Below, in pieces: positions 40,439 to 50,182 of a DNA stretch of 64,000 nucleotides. The position numbers were made by a program, and so were the translations under genes. This DNA comes from Candidatus Chisholmbacteria bacterium (GTDB lineage Bacteria; Patescibacteriota; Microgenomatia; UBA1400; Chisholmbacteraceae). The DNA is taken from assembly GCA_963704905.1 (NCBI GenBank), contig CAVPHZ010000001.1:195438-259437 (forward strand). The letters run 5' to 3'. Position 1 is the stretch's first letter. Every line of letters begins with the position of its first letter. The notes below the pieces were generated by a model. It had not been told where the DNA came from and ran no database searches. It saw nothing but the letters and a program-made list of their open reading frames with translations.

Positions 40439-42288
40439 TTATTTAAGTTCCGCGTAGATGCGTCGAATTCCAGCACCTATAGACTGTTCTTTGGTAATTT
40501 TTATCCCGCCAATCTCACCAGTTGATTTGACATGTGGTCCTCCGCATAACTCTTTGCTGTACCAGTTCTTTTTTGGATCTTTACCAATTGTATATACTGT
40601 AACTTTATCTGGATAGGTTTCTTTAAAAAAGGCCAGTGCTCCTGAATTGATGGCGCTGTCTCTATCTTCTATGGTTTTTTGAACAGAAAGGTTGGCTTTA
40701 ATGGTTTTATTAATGAGAGTTTCTATTTTTCTTAAGTCTATAGTGGAAATTGACTGATTGTGGCTAAAATCGAATCGGAGTCGCTGTGCAGTGATATGAC
40801 TACCTTCCTGCTTGACTTGATCACCAAGGATTTCACGTAAGGCTTTGTGTAGAAGATGAGTTGCTGTGTGAAGTTTTACTGTCTCAACAGATTTATCTGC
40901 AAGCCCGCCTTTAAACATTCCGGCTGAGCCTGTGCGAGATTTATGCTTGGTGAAGATTAAATTCTTTTTCAAATTGTTTGTTATTTATCTTTATTCCCTT
41001 TTCGGTTAAGAGTTCTTGAGTTAATTCAAGTGGAAAGCCATGCGTTTGATATAGATTAAATGCAAATTTGGCATCGATCTCACTTGGTTTTTGTTTTCCA
41101 ATTTCATTCAAACCCTTATTCATGGATTTTGAAAACTTTTCTAATTTCATTACTTATGCTGTTTCAGTACGTCCTTTTTCACTATCGCTTTTTTAAGATA
41201 TACATCATCAAACATATCCATCACTGCTTCAGCGCTCTTCAGGATAACTTCTGAGTGAATTTTGTACTTCGAGCGTGCGCATTTTGATGACAGCTCTCCG
41301 TAGCAACCGTCTTACAAAATATCCTTGCATCTTATTTGAAGGTGTGTTCCCTGTGAAAGGATAACAGTTGCTCCTCGAATGTGATCGGCGATTACTCGCA
41401 TTGGCTGTTTGTATGTTCCTTCATACTGTTTATTGGTGGCTTTTTCTATTTTCTCAATAATTGGTTGGAAAAGATCTGTTTGAAAAACATCTAACGTATG
41501 TTGCGAGGCTGCTGCAATACGCTCAAGCCCGCCACCGAAATCGACGTTTTGTGCTGGTAGAGGTTTAAATTTACCGTTTTCAAGTTTTACATATTCCATA
41601 AAAACTGAATTACCGATTTCTAGAAATCGTCCGCAGTCACAATTGACATGACAGACAGGGCTGAAAGGTGTATTATGTAGTTAGTTTGGCCCAAAATCGT
41701 AAAATACTTCAGAAGTCTGGACCACCAATCTCCCCAGGTGGCATGTTTCCAGGTTCACCTACACGAGACCACCAGTTTTTGGTTGCGTCGTATGTATAGA
41801 TTTTGACTTCTTGATCGAATCCCTTGTTTCCACGTTGGCTGGATTTTTCGTCTTGAAACAAATGCTGCCAGATTTGTATTGAATCCTCATCTGCTGGAAC
41901 ATCTTTTGTGCCTTTAAAAACCGTGACGTAGAGTTTGTCGTTTGGTAAGACCGATTACTTCTGTTAAAAATTCAAAAAACCAGCTAAGTTGTTGTTTTTT
42001 AAAATAGTCACCGAGACTCCAATTGCCCAACATTTCAAAGAATGTGGTATGGCGGTTATCACCTACTTCATCGATGTCTTCGGCACGAAAACATGGTTGA
42101 GCATCGACAAGCCGTGTTCCCATTGGGTGCTTTTCACCTTTGAGATATGGAACAAGTTGCTGCATGCCAGAACTGGTAAATAAGGTGGTAGGATCGTCGG
42201 TGGGAATGATTGGAGCAGGAGGAATTTCTTTGTGACCTTTGTTTGCAAAGAAATCTATGTACTTTTGTCTTATTTGTTTGGCTGTCAA
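40439..42288 (-). pseudogene. alaS: Alanyl-tRNA synthetase (short form without the C-terminal C-Ala domain), disrupted by about 6 frameshifts and one in-frame TAA
   Basis: Four ORF-track pieces (41914..42288, 41312..41599, 40941..41150, 40439..40972) plus two untracked segments all align in order to AlaRS. These include the N-terminal catalytic core, FYDFG...CDCGRFLEIGNSVF, GGGLERIAA, RVIADHIRGATV, YQTHGFPLELT, HTATHLLHKAL and CGGPHV. Manual translation places frame changes near plus coordinates 41945-41952, 41710-41716, 41343-41350, 41230-41260, 41150-41156 and 40956-40962. An in-frame TAA sits at complement(41681..41683). Confidence 0.85.
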
Positions 42289-42300
42289 TATTCTTTTGAA

Positions 42301-42867
42301 CTATTGTGCAATTTTATCAGATGTGATGTTTTGACGCGTTATACAGAGAGTCCGTTTCTTGAACGGAATAAGTGCACAAATTACTGCTGGTATGTAGAGG
42401 TCTGTTCTGTCGATAATCCCTTCAGTGAGTAGGCCTATCGCTCCGAGGCTTTGTTTGATGTTTTTCTTGTTATACATTCTATCCATTACTTTCCCAAGTT
42501 CTTCACCTCGTTCAATATGTTCTGTGGCTTTTTTCGGCAAAAAAAATGTTGCTGTTCTTCCTCTCCCCAACTTTGATCCAGACTTCACTACAACCCATGC
42601 AAATGTTGTTAGATTTTGATCCAATTTCTCAACACCTCCTTCAATACCAATATAGTAGTCGTATCCAGGCTTTTGTTTGCTTGCGTTTTTGCAGCGGTTT
42701 TCTGCACCTTTTAAGGTTTCCTTATCTGACAATGGTTGAGCATTTACACCTGAGTTTGTTTCAATACCTTTTATTAACTTCTTTTTTCCTGGAAACATTG
42801 CTTCAAATCCTTTTCTGGTTGCGTTTAGTTTCACAGGATTCAAGGATGCCACAAGGATTTTTATCAT
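42301..42867 (-). CDS. yjjX: Non-canonical purine NTP phosphatase (inosine/xanthosine triphosphatase, YjjX family)
   Basis: MIKILVASLNPVKLNATRKGFEAMF...TFAWVVV...GRGRTATFFLP...GEELGKVMD aligns along its full length with E. coli YjjX. Confidence 0.7.
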   Translation of the reverse strand: MIKILVASLNPVKLNATRKGFEAMFPGKKKLIKGIETNSGVNAQPLSDKETLKGAENRCKNASKQKPGYDYYIGIEGGVEKLDQNLTTFAWVVVKSGSKLGRGRTATFFLPKKATEHIERGEELGKVMDRMYNKKNIKQSLGAIGLLTEGIIDRTDLYIPAVICALIPFKKRTLCITRQNITSDKIAQ

Positions 42868-42912
42868 GCGTCTATTATTTCATTTGAAAGATCCTTGCGC
42901 TACAGGAAAGAG

Positions 42913-43341
42913 TTATCGTAAGGTTTTTCCACCACGGGTGAAGAATTTGGTTGCGACGTTTCTTCCGCGTTCTTGAAGTTTGGATATATGACTAACATCT
43001 GATGATTGAGGCTTCGATGTCAGTTGAGGTTCTTTCTTTTCAGATCGCATTTTGTCTTGTTTTTTGGTTGTTTTTTTAGGTTTTATCTTAGGGCCTTCGA
43101 GCTTTCTTATACCTACATCACCTTTTTGAACCCTCTCATAAAACTCTTCGAATTCTTCAAAAACCTTTTCTCCGTGCTCAGATAGATATTTTTTAAGCTT
43201 ATTTCCTTTTTTTGTGCCGAATAAAAACACACCAATTGCACCGAATACTATTCCCCAGAAAAAACCGGTCGTAAAATGTGATTCTTTTCTTGGTGATTCG
43301 TGGTGGCGGATCTTTGACATATGAGGGTTAATCAGGCTCAT
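42913..43341 (-). CDS. YtxH-like small membrane protein
   Basis: GFFWGIVFGAIGVFLFGTKKGNKLKKYL followed by a charged helical tail, as in YtxH/DUF948-type proteins. Confidence 0.45.
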   Translation of the reverse strand: MSLINPHMSKIRHHESPRKESHFTTGFFWGIVFGAIGVFLFGTKKGNKLKKYLSEHGEKVFEEFEEFYERVQKGDVGIRKLEGPKIKPKKTTKKQDKMRSEKKEPQLTSKPQSSDVSHISKLQERGRNVATKFFTRGGKTLR

Positions 43342-43355
43342 TCAAACCGTGAAAG

Positions 43356-43676
43356 TTACTCGGATTCTGTTGTCTCTGATGCCTGATTGTTTTTCTTCTT
43401 TCTTGATAGGAAGTTTCCAAACGTTTCAATTGCCTTGGCACCAGATTTTAACCCATCGAGCATCCCTCCAATTCCAGCTATAGGATGGGCGATCGACTCG
43501 GTAATCATGCCAGCATCGTCGAGCATCTTGTTGACTTTTTCAAGGCTTCTTCGCACTTCTCTCAGGATGAACACAACCTGAATACCGATGAAGCTCAGAA
43601 GAATTGTAAGTGTGGTAATGACGACAACTAGTAGTACTTGCGTGAGATCAATCATTGGCAGGTTTAATACGTTCAA
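43356..43676 (-). CDS. DUF948-like small membrane protein
   Basis: 106 aa; an N-terminal transmembrane helix followed by an amphipathic, coiled-coil-like segment. Confidence 0.4.
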   Translation of the reverse strand: MNVLNLPMIDLTQVLLVVVITTLTILLSFIGIQVVFILREVRRSLEKVNKMLDDAGMITESIAHPIAGIGGMLDGLKSGAKAIETFGNFLSRKKKNNQASETTESE

Positions 43677-43766
43677 GTATCAATTATCAAACTCAATTGG
43701 TCAATTGTCATTCTCTGTTGAGTACAACGTCAAACTGTCACTTATCGTATAGTGTCGGTGTTATTT

Positions 43767-44399
43767 TTACTGAACATTGATCGTTCTCTGGACCGTACGA
43801 GTCTTTCCAGAACGGTTTGTTGCTTCTATAGTAATAGTCCGTAGCCCCTCTGTAAGCACGAGAGCTTGGCTAAAGCTCCCATCATCGTTGACCAAAACTC
43901 GTTGACTGTTAATAGTAACTGTTGCCTGAGGATCAGTTTCTCCACGCACAGTAAGCGTTGAGGTGACGACTTCTTGTTCAGTAGGGTTTGTAATTGCCAG
44001 TTTTGGTGCAGCAGTAAGCAGTTGGTATTGATAGATGAAGTAGACAGCAAGTGTTATTGATAGAAGGAGTATTGCGGCGATGACGGTGGTTCTTGGGTTC
44101 CAGATAATCCTTTTTTGAACTGTATTTCCTGAAATATCTCTGGGAACAACTTTACCCTGGACGTTTTGATCGTAATCTCTTCTAAATACTGCAAGTATTT
44201 GGGTTGGGCTTAAACCAACTATTTGGGCATAGTTTTTGATAAATCCTTTCACAAATGCTGCTTCTGGGAGTTTATTGAAATCGTTTTGTTCAAGTGCTTT
44301 TACATATATGAGACTAATTTTGGTTTTTTTAACGATTTCTCGACGCTTAATACCTTTTTTCAGACGAGCAGTTTTCAATATTTCTCCGACAGTTTTCAT
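43767..44399 (-). CDS. rodZ: RodZ-like protein (XRE-type HTH, transmembrane helix, C-terminal periplasmic domain)
   Basis: N-terminal HTH ILKTARLKKGIKRREIVKKTKISLIYVKALEQNDFNKLP; transmembrane helix VIAAILLLSITLAVYFIY; C-terminal beta-rich domain. Confidence 0.6.
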   Translation of the reverse strand: MKTVGEILKTARLKKGIKRREIVKKTKISLIYVKALEQNDFNKLPEAAFVKGFIKNYAQIVGLSPTQILAVFRRDYDQNVQGKVVPRDISGNTVQKRIIWNPRTTVIAAILLLSITLAVYFIYQYQLLTAAPKLAITNPTEQEVVTSTLTVRGETDPQATVTINSQRVLVNDDGSFSQALVLTEGLRTITIEATNRSGKTRTVQRTINVQ

Positions 44400-44441
44400 G
44401 TTTGCTCCTTGGCGTACAAGGTCATCATTACCAATTAATTA

Positions 44442-46553
44442 TTATGAAGATTGTGGTTGAGAAGCTGCTTGGCGTTGGGCGATAAAACTACTTGCATTTT
44501 GTATGAGCACTTCTCTGGGTTTTGATCCTTCTGAAGGACCAACTACCCCAGATAGTTCGAGTTGATCAAGGATTCGAGCGGCTCTCGCATAACCAACCGA
44601 TAATCTTCGCTGAAGCAGTGACGCAGAAGCTCGATCATACTCGCAAACGATTCGAACAGCTGCATCGAATAGATCGTCCACTTCTCCATCGGCTGTTCCT
44701 CCACCAAGATATCCAGGTGCTTTGGCTTTGTACTTCGTAGTGACTTCTTCCGTGTATTGCGGTTTAACACCAGATTGTTTTAGGTGGTCAATGAGGCGGC
44801 CAATTTCCGGTTCAGAGACAAACGTTCCTTGAATCCGCGTTGGTTTTGCCTGATTTGGAGGAATGTAGAGCATATCTCCTCGACCGAGTAGCTTTTCTGC
44901 TCCTGGCATGTCGAGGATTACTCGAGAGTCCACCATACTTGTCACGTTGAACGAAATTCGACATGGAACATTGGCTTTAATAAGACCGGTTAATACATCG
45001 ACAGACGGTCTCTGTGTAGCAAGTACTAGATGAATTCCGGTGGCTCGAGCCATTTGTGCCAGTCGAGTTATTGAGTCCTCAACTTCTGATGGAGCGAAAA
45101 GAATGATATCGGCTAGCTCGTCAATGACAATGACAATATACGGCAACGCATGAAACCCTGACAGTTCGTTATATCCCTCAACATTTCTCACACCTACTTC
45201 TGAAAACATTTTGTACCGTTTTTCCATTTGAGCAATCGACCATTTTAACGCTGAGACAACTTTCTCTGGTTCGACAATCACTGGGGTCAATAGGTGCGGA
45301 ATACCGTTGAAGCCTGTCAATTCGACTCTCTTGGGATCAACAAGGATGAATTTCACTTCATTGGGACTGGCGCGAAAGAGGATTGTTGCGAGGAACGCGT
45401 TTATAGCTACTGACTTTCCACTTCCTGTTGCACCAGCGATGAGAACATGTGGCATTCTTCCAATGTCGGCGACAACCGAGGTTCCAGAGACATCTAATCC
45501 CAGTCCTACGGTGAGCACAGATTTTGATTTTTTTAATTGCTCGGATTCGAGAATTTTCTTTAAGGTTACAAATTCCGGCTTCCGATTGGGAATCTCGATT
45601 CCAACCAGAGATCTACCTGGAATTGGTGCTTCAATACGAATTTGTCCTGTTGGGGCGGCGAGGGCGAGGGCCAGGTCGTTCTGAAGGGCAGTAATTTTTG
45701 ATAGTTTCGTTCCGAGTGAAATTTCTATTGCATATTGTGTTACCGCCGGACCGGTATTGACTTCGACCACCCGGGCTTGAATTCCAAATGAGTCCAAGGT
45801 TTGTTCGATTATTGCTGCGTTTCCTTTTAAATCACCTCTGTCAGCTTTTTCTCCAACCGAGTCTTCAAGCATGTCTAATGGAGGAGGTTCCCAAACTTGT
45901 TCATCGGGACCTGGTACATTGGTGACCACTTGCGTTCCGAGATCAGCTGGTTGGGGTTCTTCTTTTTGTTGTTTTTTTTCTGCAGGTTTATTGCTTTCCT
46001 TTTCCTGATCCATTCCACGGATCCGAATTTCTGTTTGAGGTATATATGATTTTTTCTTTCCTTTTCCAAACTTGGGCGTTTTGTTCATCATCTTTGATAG
46101 ATTTATGAGAATTTCATCAAACGGTGTTTCGGTAAAAATCATGAACCCTATAAACGCTGAGCCTAGCAATACTACTGCAGCACCTGGTTTTGAAATGAGT
46201 GCGGAAATATTTAGCCAGACTTCAGTTCCTACTTTACCTGAAGAAGTGAGCGCCATTGCAGAGATAAAAAAGAGTACTGAACCTAGAAAGACCGTTGGTT
46301 TTGTCACCTTCCACTTTAGTTGAGTGAGCATTAAACCAGCTGCCATAAAAATGAATGGGAGTATCAACGACGTCCATCCAAATTGAAGTGTTAAGAATCC
46401 ATTGAGCTGAGCGAGTAATGATCCTTGGCGGGTAAATGAAATGATGACGAGCACACCTATGGAAATGAGCAAGACACTTGCAATCGAGTAGATTGTGTCT
46501 TTTTTGAGCTTGAGTTTAAATGGCGCTCTTCGGCGACCTTTTTTTCTTCCCAT
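44442..46553 (-). CDS. ftsK: DNA translocase FtsK/SpoIIIE
   Basis: N-terminal transmembrane helices; Walker A LIAGATGSGKS; C-terminal gamma winged-helix domain (LLQRRLSVGYARAARILDQLE). Confidence 0.9.
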   Translation of the reverse strand: MGRKKGRRRAPFKLKLKKDTIYSIASVLLISIGVLVIISFTRQGSLLAQLNGFLTLQFGWTSLILPFIFMAAGLMLTQLKWKVTKPTVFLGSVLFFISAMALTSSGKVGTEVWLNISALISKPGAAVVLLGSAFIGFMIFTETPFDEILINLSKMMNKTPKFGKGKKKSYIPQTEIRIRGMDQEKESNKPAEKKQQKEEPQPADLGTQVVTNVPGPDEQVWEPPPLDMLEDSVGEKADRGDLKGNAAIIEQTLDSFGIQARVVEVNTGPAVTQYAIEISLGTKLSKITALQNDLALALAAPTGQIRIEAPIPGRSLVGIEIPNRKPEFVTLKKILESEQLKKSKSVLTVGLGLDVSGTSVVADIGRMPHVLIAGATGSGKSVAINAFLATILFRASPNEVKFILVDPKRVELTGFNGIPHLLTPVIVEPEKVVSALKWSIAQMEKRYKMFSEVGVRNVEGYNELSGFHALPYIVIVIDELADIILFAPSEVEDSITRLAQMARATGIHLVLATQRPSVDVLTGLIKANVPCRISFNVTSMVDSRVILDMPGAEKLLGRGDMLYIPPNQAKPTRIQGTFVSEPEIGRLIDHLKQSGVKPQYTEEVTTKYKAKAPGYLGGGTADGEVDDLFDAAVRIVCEYDRASASLLQRRLSVGYARAARILDQLELSGVVGPSEGSKPREVLIQNASSFIAQRQAASQPQSS

Positions 46554-46682
46554 ATTCTTATTATTGCTCCACTCTTATGGGGCGGAGTTCATTATAACAG
46601 TTCCAGAGGTGTGTGTGAAAGTTTTAGATCTAAGATACTGATGTTTTAAGAATATTGCATGAACTTCTATAGCTCAATACCA

Positions 46683-48335
46683 TCATGTTCGCATGAGAAT
46701 GGGGATGATGATCGGGAATCGTTCGAGCTCCTGGCTTAACAGAGTCTCAATTCGGGTACGGATTTTTTCTTTGAGCGCACTCCAATCGGTGACTGGCGCT
46801 TTTACCTCTTTAAGAACGTTGTAAACCTCTTTTTTGGCCTTATCTAGGAGTTCTTTCGCTTCTTTTTCATACACCACTCCACGTGAGATTATTTCTATTT
46901 CTCCTGATGGTTCACCACTATGTTGATGGATGGGAACAATGACGACAATCATTCCTTCCTCTGCCATGACTTTTCGGTCGCGCAGTACAATTCTCCCTAC
47001 GTCGCCGATTCCGAGTCCATCGACCATAATATTTTTCAATTGGATAGTCTGCCCTTTTTTTACATTTTGATCGTGATCGACTTCAAGTGTCTGTCCCTCT
47101 TGTAGAAGAAACACTGCATCTGATTGATAACCCATTTCAAGTGCTAGCTTTCGGTATTGCACCATGTGTCGGTAGTTCCCACCGATTGGGACCATATATT
47201 TGGGTTTGAGAAGCTCCATGAGGAGCATGAGGTCGCCTGCTGATCCATGACCAGACACATGGAGACTATCGTTGACATCTGTGTAGATTACTTCTGCTCC
47301 TTTTTGTGCAAATGTGTCTACTGTTTCGTAAACAGATTTTTCATTTCCAGGAATTGGGTCAGCAGAAAAAATAACTGTATCACCAGGATTGATGTCGATA
47401 TTGTCATGTTCACCGTGTGCTACTCGAGCAAGAGCCGAACCGGTTTGCCCCTGACTTCCTGCGAGAATTAGACACAATTGTTCATCAGGAATGTTCTTTA
47501 TTTTTTTCCTATTTATCATCGCGTGTTGAGGAAGCGATAAGAATCCAAGCTCTTGAGCAATACGACTGTTTTGCTCAACCGACCGACCAAAAAAAGCAAT
47601 CTTTCTTCCAGCCTTGGCTGCTTCGTCTACAACCTGCTGAATGCGATGAATGTGGCTAGACATGAGCGTGACAATGACTTTCTTTTTTGCCTTTCTCATT
47701 GCCGTGCTGATTCCGTCTCTGACTGTTGATTCAGAGGTAGAAAATCCCGGTCGTTCCCCCCTAAGGCAATCAGATAAAAGGATAGTTACTCCTCGACTCC
47801 CAAAGCTTGAGATTTTTTGGAATTCTGGTCTTACTCCACCCACAGGAGTGAGATCAAATCTAAAATCTGTACCATGATAGACGGATGCAGAAGGTGTTGA
47901 AATTAGAAAATGTCTGGTGTCGGGAACAGAATGAGTGACTTTTGCAGATTCTATTGAAAACTTCCCAAGTCTCATACCGCGTTCATCATCAAAGAGAGAG
48001 ATTTTTTTCTGTATGCCAAAGTCATTTATCCGTTCAAGAGCAAATCCTGCTGTCAGTTTAGAAGCGAATATTGGAAAATCAGGCAGTTTTGGCAATATAT
48101 ACGGCAGACCCGCAATGTGATCATCGTGGCCGTGAGTAAGAATCATACCGACAATTTTTTTATTTGATTCTTCTAGATAGGTGGTGTCGGGAATGAGTAT
48201 ATCAACGCCATACATTGTTTCGTCAGGGAAACCAATACCGCAATCTACGAGCAAGATCTGATCATCAAGCTCATAGACAAACATATTTTTAGTGACTGCG
48301 GTTCCGATTTCACCGAGAGGTATAATTTTCAGCAT
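46683..48335 (-). CDS. rnj: Ribonuclease J (metallo-beta-lactamase / beta-CASP)
   Basis: 550 aa; LTHGHDDHIAGLPYIL and beta-CASP motifs. Confidence 0.9.
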   Translation of the reverse strand: MLKIIPLGEIGTAVTKNMFVYELDDQILLVDCGIGFPDETMYGVDILIPDTTYLEESNKKIVGMILTHGHDDHIAGLPYILPKLPDFPIFASKLTAGFALERINDFGIQKKISLFDDERGMRLGKFSIESAKVTHSVPDTRHFLISTPSASVYHGTDFRFDLTPVGGVRPEFQKISSFGSRGVTILLSDCLRGERPGFSTSESTVRDGISTAMRKAKKKVIVTLMSSHIHRIQQVVDEAAKAGRKIAFFGRSVEQNSRIAQELGFLSLPQHAMINRKKIKNIPDEQLCLILAGSQGQTGSALARVAHGEHDNIDINPGDTVIFSADPIPGNEKSVYETVDTFAQKGAEVIYTDVNDSLHVSGHGSAGDLMLLMELLKPKYMVPIGGNYRHMVQYRKLALEMGYQSDAVFLLQEGQTLEVDHDQNVKKGQTIQLKNIMVDGLGIGDVGRIVLRDRKVMAEEGMIVVIVPIHQHSGEPSGEIEIISRGVVYEKEAKELLDKAKKEVYNVLKEVKAPVTDWSALKEKIRTRIETLLSQELERFPIIIPILMRT

Positions 48336-48343
48336 AGTTTCCT

Positions 48344-49012
48344 TTATATTAATTGTAATTGCTCATCCATAGGTTTTTTTTCATCAACCTTCTTCTCTAC
48401 TCCTTCTCTAGGTTCTTCAGGTTGTGGATTATTTAGTTTTTTTAATGTATCAACAAGTTTAGAAAAATCTTGCCTAAACATCATCATCACTTTGCCATTT
48501 CTTAGCGCTGCTGCTGGATGATACATAGGAAAAACGAGTAATCGTTTGCCTTTCCAGGTTATCCATCTTGGTTGACCATGGATTTGGCTGATAAATACGT
48601 TTTGAATGAATTTTCCCATACTGAAACGGCCTAAGGTTATTATGATTCTTGGTTCGATGATCTCAATCTCTTGATCAAGGTAGGGTTTATACGCTTCGAT
48701 TTCTTCTGGTTTTGGATCTCTATTTTCTGGCGGTCTGGCTTTGATAATATTGCTTATCCAAACATCCTCCCGCTTTAGCCCATGTTCTTCGAGCAGACGG
48801 GTCAAGAGTTTTCCGGCCACACCAACAAATGGTCTGCGTTGGACATGTTCATGATATCCAGCAGCCTCACCAATAAACATGAGTTCGGCGTTTGCATTTC
48901 CTTCTGGGGGAACAATGTCGCTTTTTTTATTTACTAACGGGAGTTTATTGAAATTATTTTCAAGTTTTGTTCTAAGTTTATTTAACTGATCATTTTTTGA
49001 TTGCGTTGACAT
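48344..49012 (-). CDS. Uracil-DNA glycosylase, family 4
   Basis: GEAAGYHEHVQRRPFVGVAGKLL...ISNIIKARPPENRDP. The start was set at the internal Met (49012) to avoid overlapping the upstream gene; the ORF track gives 49114. Confidence 0.75.
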   Translation of the reverse strand: MSTQSKNDQLNKLRTKLENNFNKLPLVNKKSDIVPPEGNANAELMFIGEAAGYHEHVQRRPFVGVAGKLLTRLLEEHGLKREDVWISNIIKARPPENRDPKPEEIEAYKPYLDQEIEIIEPRIIITLGRFSMGKFIQNVFISQIHGQPRWITWKGKRLLVFPMYHPAAALRNGKVMMMFRQDFSKLVDTLKKLNNPQPEEPREGVEKKVDEKKPMDEQLQLI

Positions 49013-49031
49013 GTATTGGTATCCTTTCTGA

Positions 49032-50087
49032 TTAATCTTTGGGAACGTATTCGGCAATGTTCTCGATTGTAAGATGGATCGTTCGAATTTCTCCTTCGAC
49101 AATCTTCTTTGCAATTTTTCGTGCGATGCCTTTTATTGTCCTTTGCAACGTACGAATTCCAGCATCAAAGCCTAAAGGTCTTACTATTCTTGGCCAAATA
49201 TTGTCATCGATCTGTAGCTGTTCCGGTGAAATCCCAGCTTCTTCCATTGCCTCAGCCAGTAAATAGTCCTTCCCAATATGAATTTTTTCATCGTCGCTGT
49301 AGGCGGGCATATGAATTGGTTCGAGACGATCAAGAACTGCTGTTGCTATATTGGTTGTGTTGTTTGCTGTGGCGATAAATAACACCTCAGAAAGATCGAC
49401 TGGGGAGTCAATGTAGTGATCTATGAAAGCGTAATTTTGTTCTGGATCGAGGAGTTCAACGAGTACACCCATGATATCTGCACGGGCATCCTCAGAGACA
49501 CGATCAATTTCATCAAGTAGCATGACAGGATTCTTTACTTTGGCTCTTCGGAGTGCCTTGATAACATACCCTGGCTCAGATTCTTCATGTTGTCTGGATT
49601 GACCACGTAAATCCCGCGCGGAACCCATTCCTCCAAACGGAATTCGAGCAAACGGTCTTCCTAACGCTTCGGCGATGGAGTAGGCAAACGTCGTTTTTCC
49701 GGTTCCAACCAGCCCTACAAGACAAATAATAGGTGCGTGAACTGTTTCTCCTGAAAGTTTTTTTTGAGTATGGAGTTTTAGTACTGCTAGATATTCGAGT
49801 ATTCGCTCTTTCACATCTTTGATGCCAAAGTGATTTTTTTCAAATATTTCTTTGGCTCTTTCGAGATCAACATCCTCTGTTGCTCTCTGATTCCAAGGGA
49901 GATTGACTAACCAATCAATATAGTGCTCTGTTTTGTCAAACTCGGCAGAATACCCCTCAGTCTTTGCAATTCGCTTTAGTCTATCGAGGATTTTCTCGGT
50001 TTCATGGGCGAGCTCCTGAGGTAGCTGAGCTTGAATAATTCTATTCTTAAGATCTTCAATTTCTTGAAGTAATGGATCAATTGTCAT
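49032..50087 (-). CDS. Stand-alone Lon-type AAA+ ATPase module (no LON N-domain, no protease domain)
   Basis: 351 aa. It begins at the Lon coiled-coil/PW region (YIDWLVNLPW). Walker A reads LVGLVGTGKTT and Walker B reads VMLLDEID. It ends (...IENIAEYVPKD) where the Lon S16 protease domain would begin. Flanking genes leave no room for the missing domains. Confidence 0.7.
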   Translation of the reverse strand: MTIDPLLQEIEDLKNRIIQAQLPQELAHETEKILDRLKRIAKTEGYSAEFDKTEHYIDWLVNLPWNQRATEDVDLERAKEIFEKNHFGIKDVKERILEYLAVLKLHTQKKLSGETVHAPIICLVGLVGTGKTTFAYSIAEALGRPFARIPFGGMGSARDLRGQSRQHEESEPGYVIKALRRAKVKNPVMLLDEIDRVSEDARADIMGVLVELLDPEQNYAFIDHYIDSPVDLSEVLFIATANNTTNIATAVLDRLEPIHMPAYSDDEKIHIGKDYLLAEAMEEAGISPEQLQIDDNIWPRIVRPLGFDAGIRTLQRTIKGIARKIAKKIVEGEIRTIHLTIENIAEYVPKD

Positions 50088-50182
50088 TATTTTTTTATTC
50101 CTTCCATCCGTACAGACAAATGTGGCGCTCTTATTTCAGTAGGATAATTATAGGAGGATTAGTTAGGGTGGGCAATGGGGTT

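Noticed and set aside
24673-42288. An alternative genetic code (for example UGA or UAA reassignment) as the explanation for interrupted fusA and alaS.
   Set aside because: tuf, rpoB, rpoC, dnaK, pnp and all ribosomal protein genes are full length under the standard code and terminate normally. Most lesions are frame changes rather than stop codons. A Gracilibacteria/SR1-type code would have fragmented many other ORFs.
46554-46682. A possible hairpin or ncRNA in the ftsK-rnj spacer.
   Set aside because: Only a weak 4-bp stem is present, with no terminator-like U tract.
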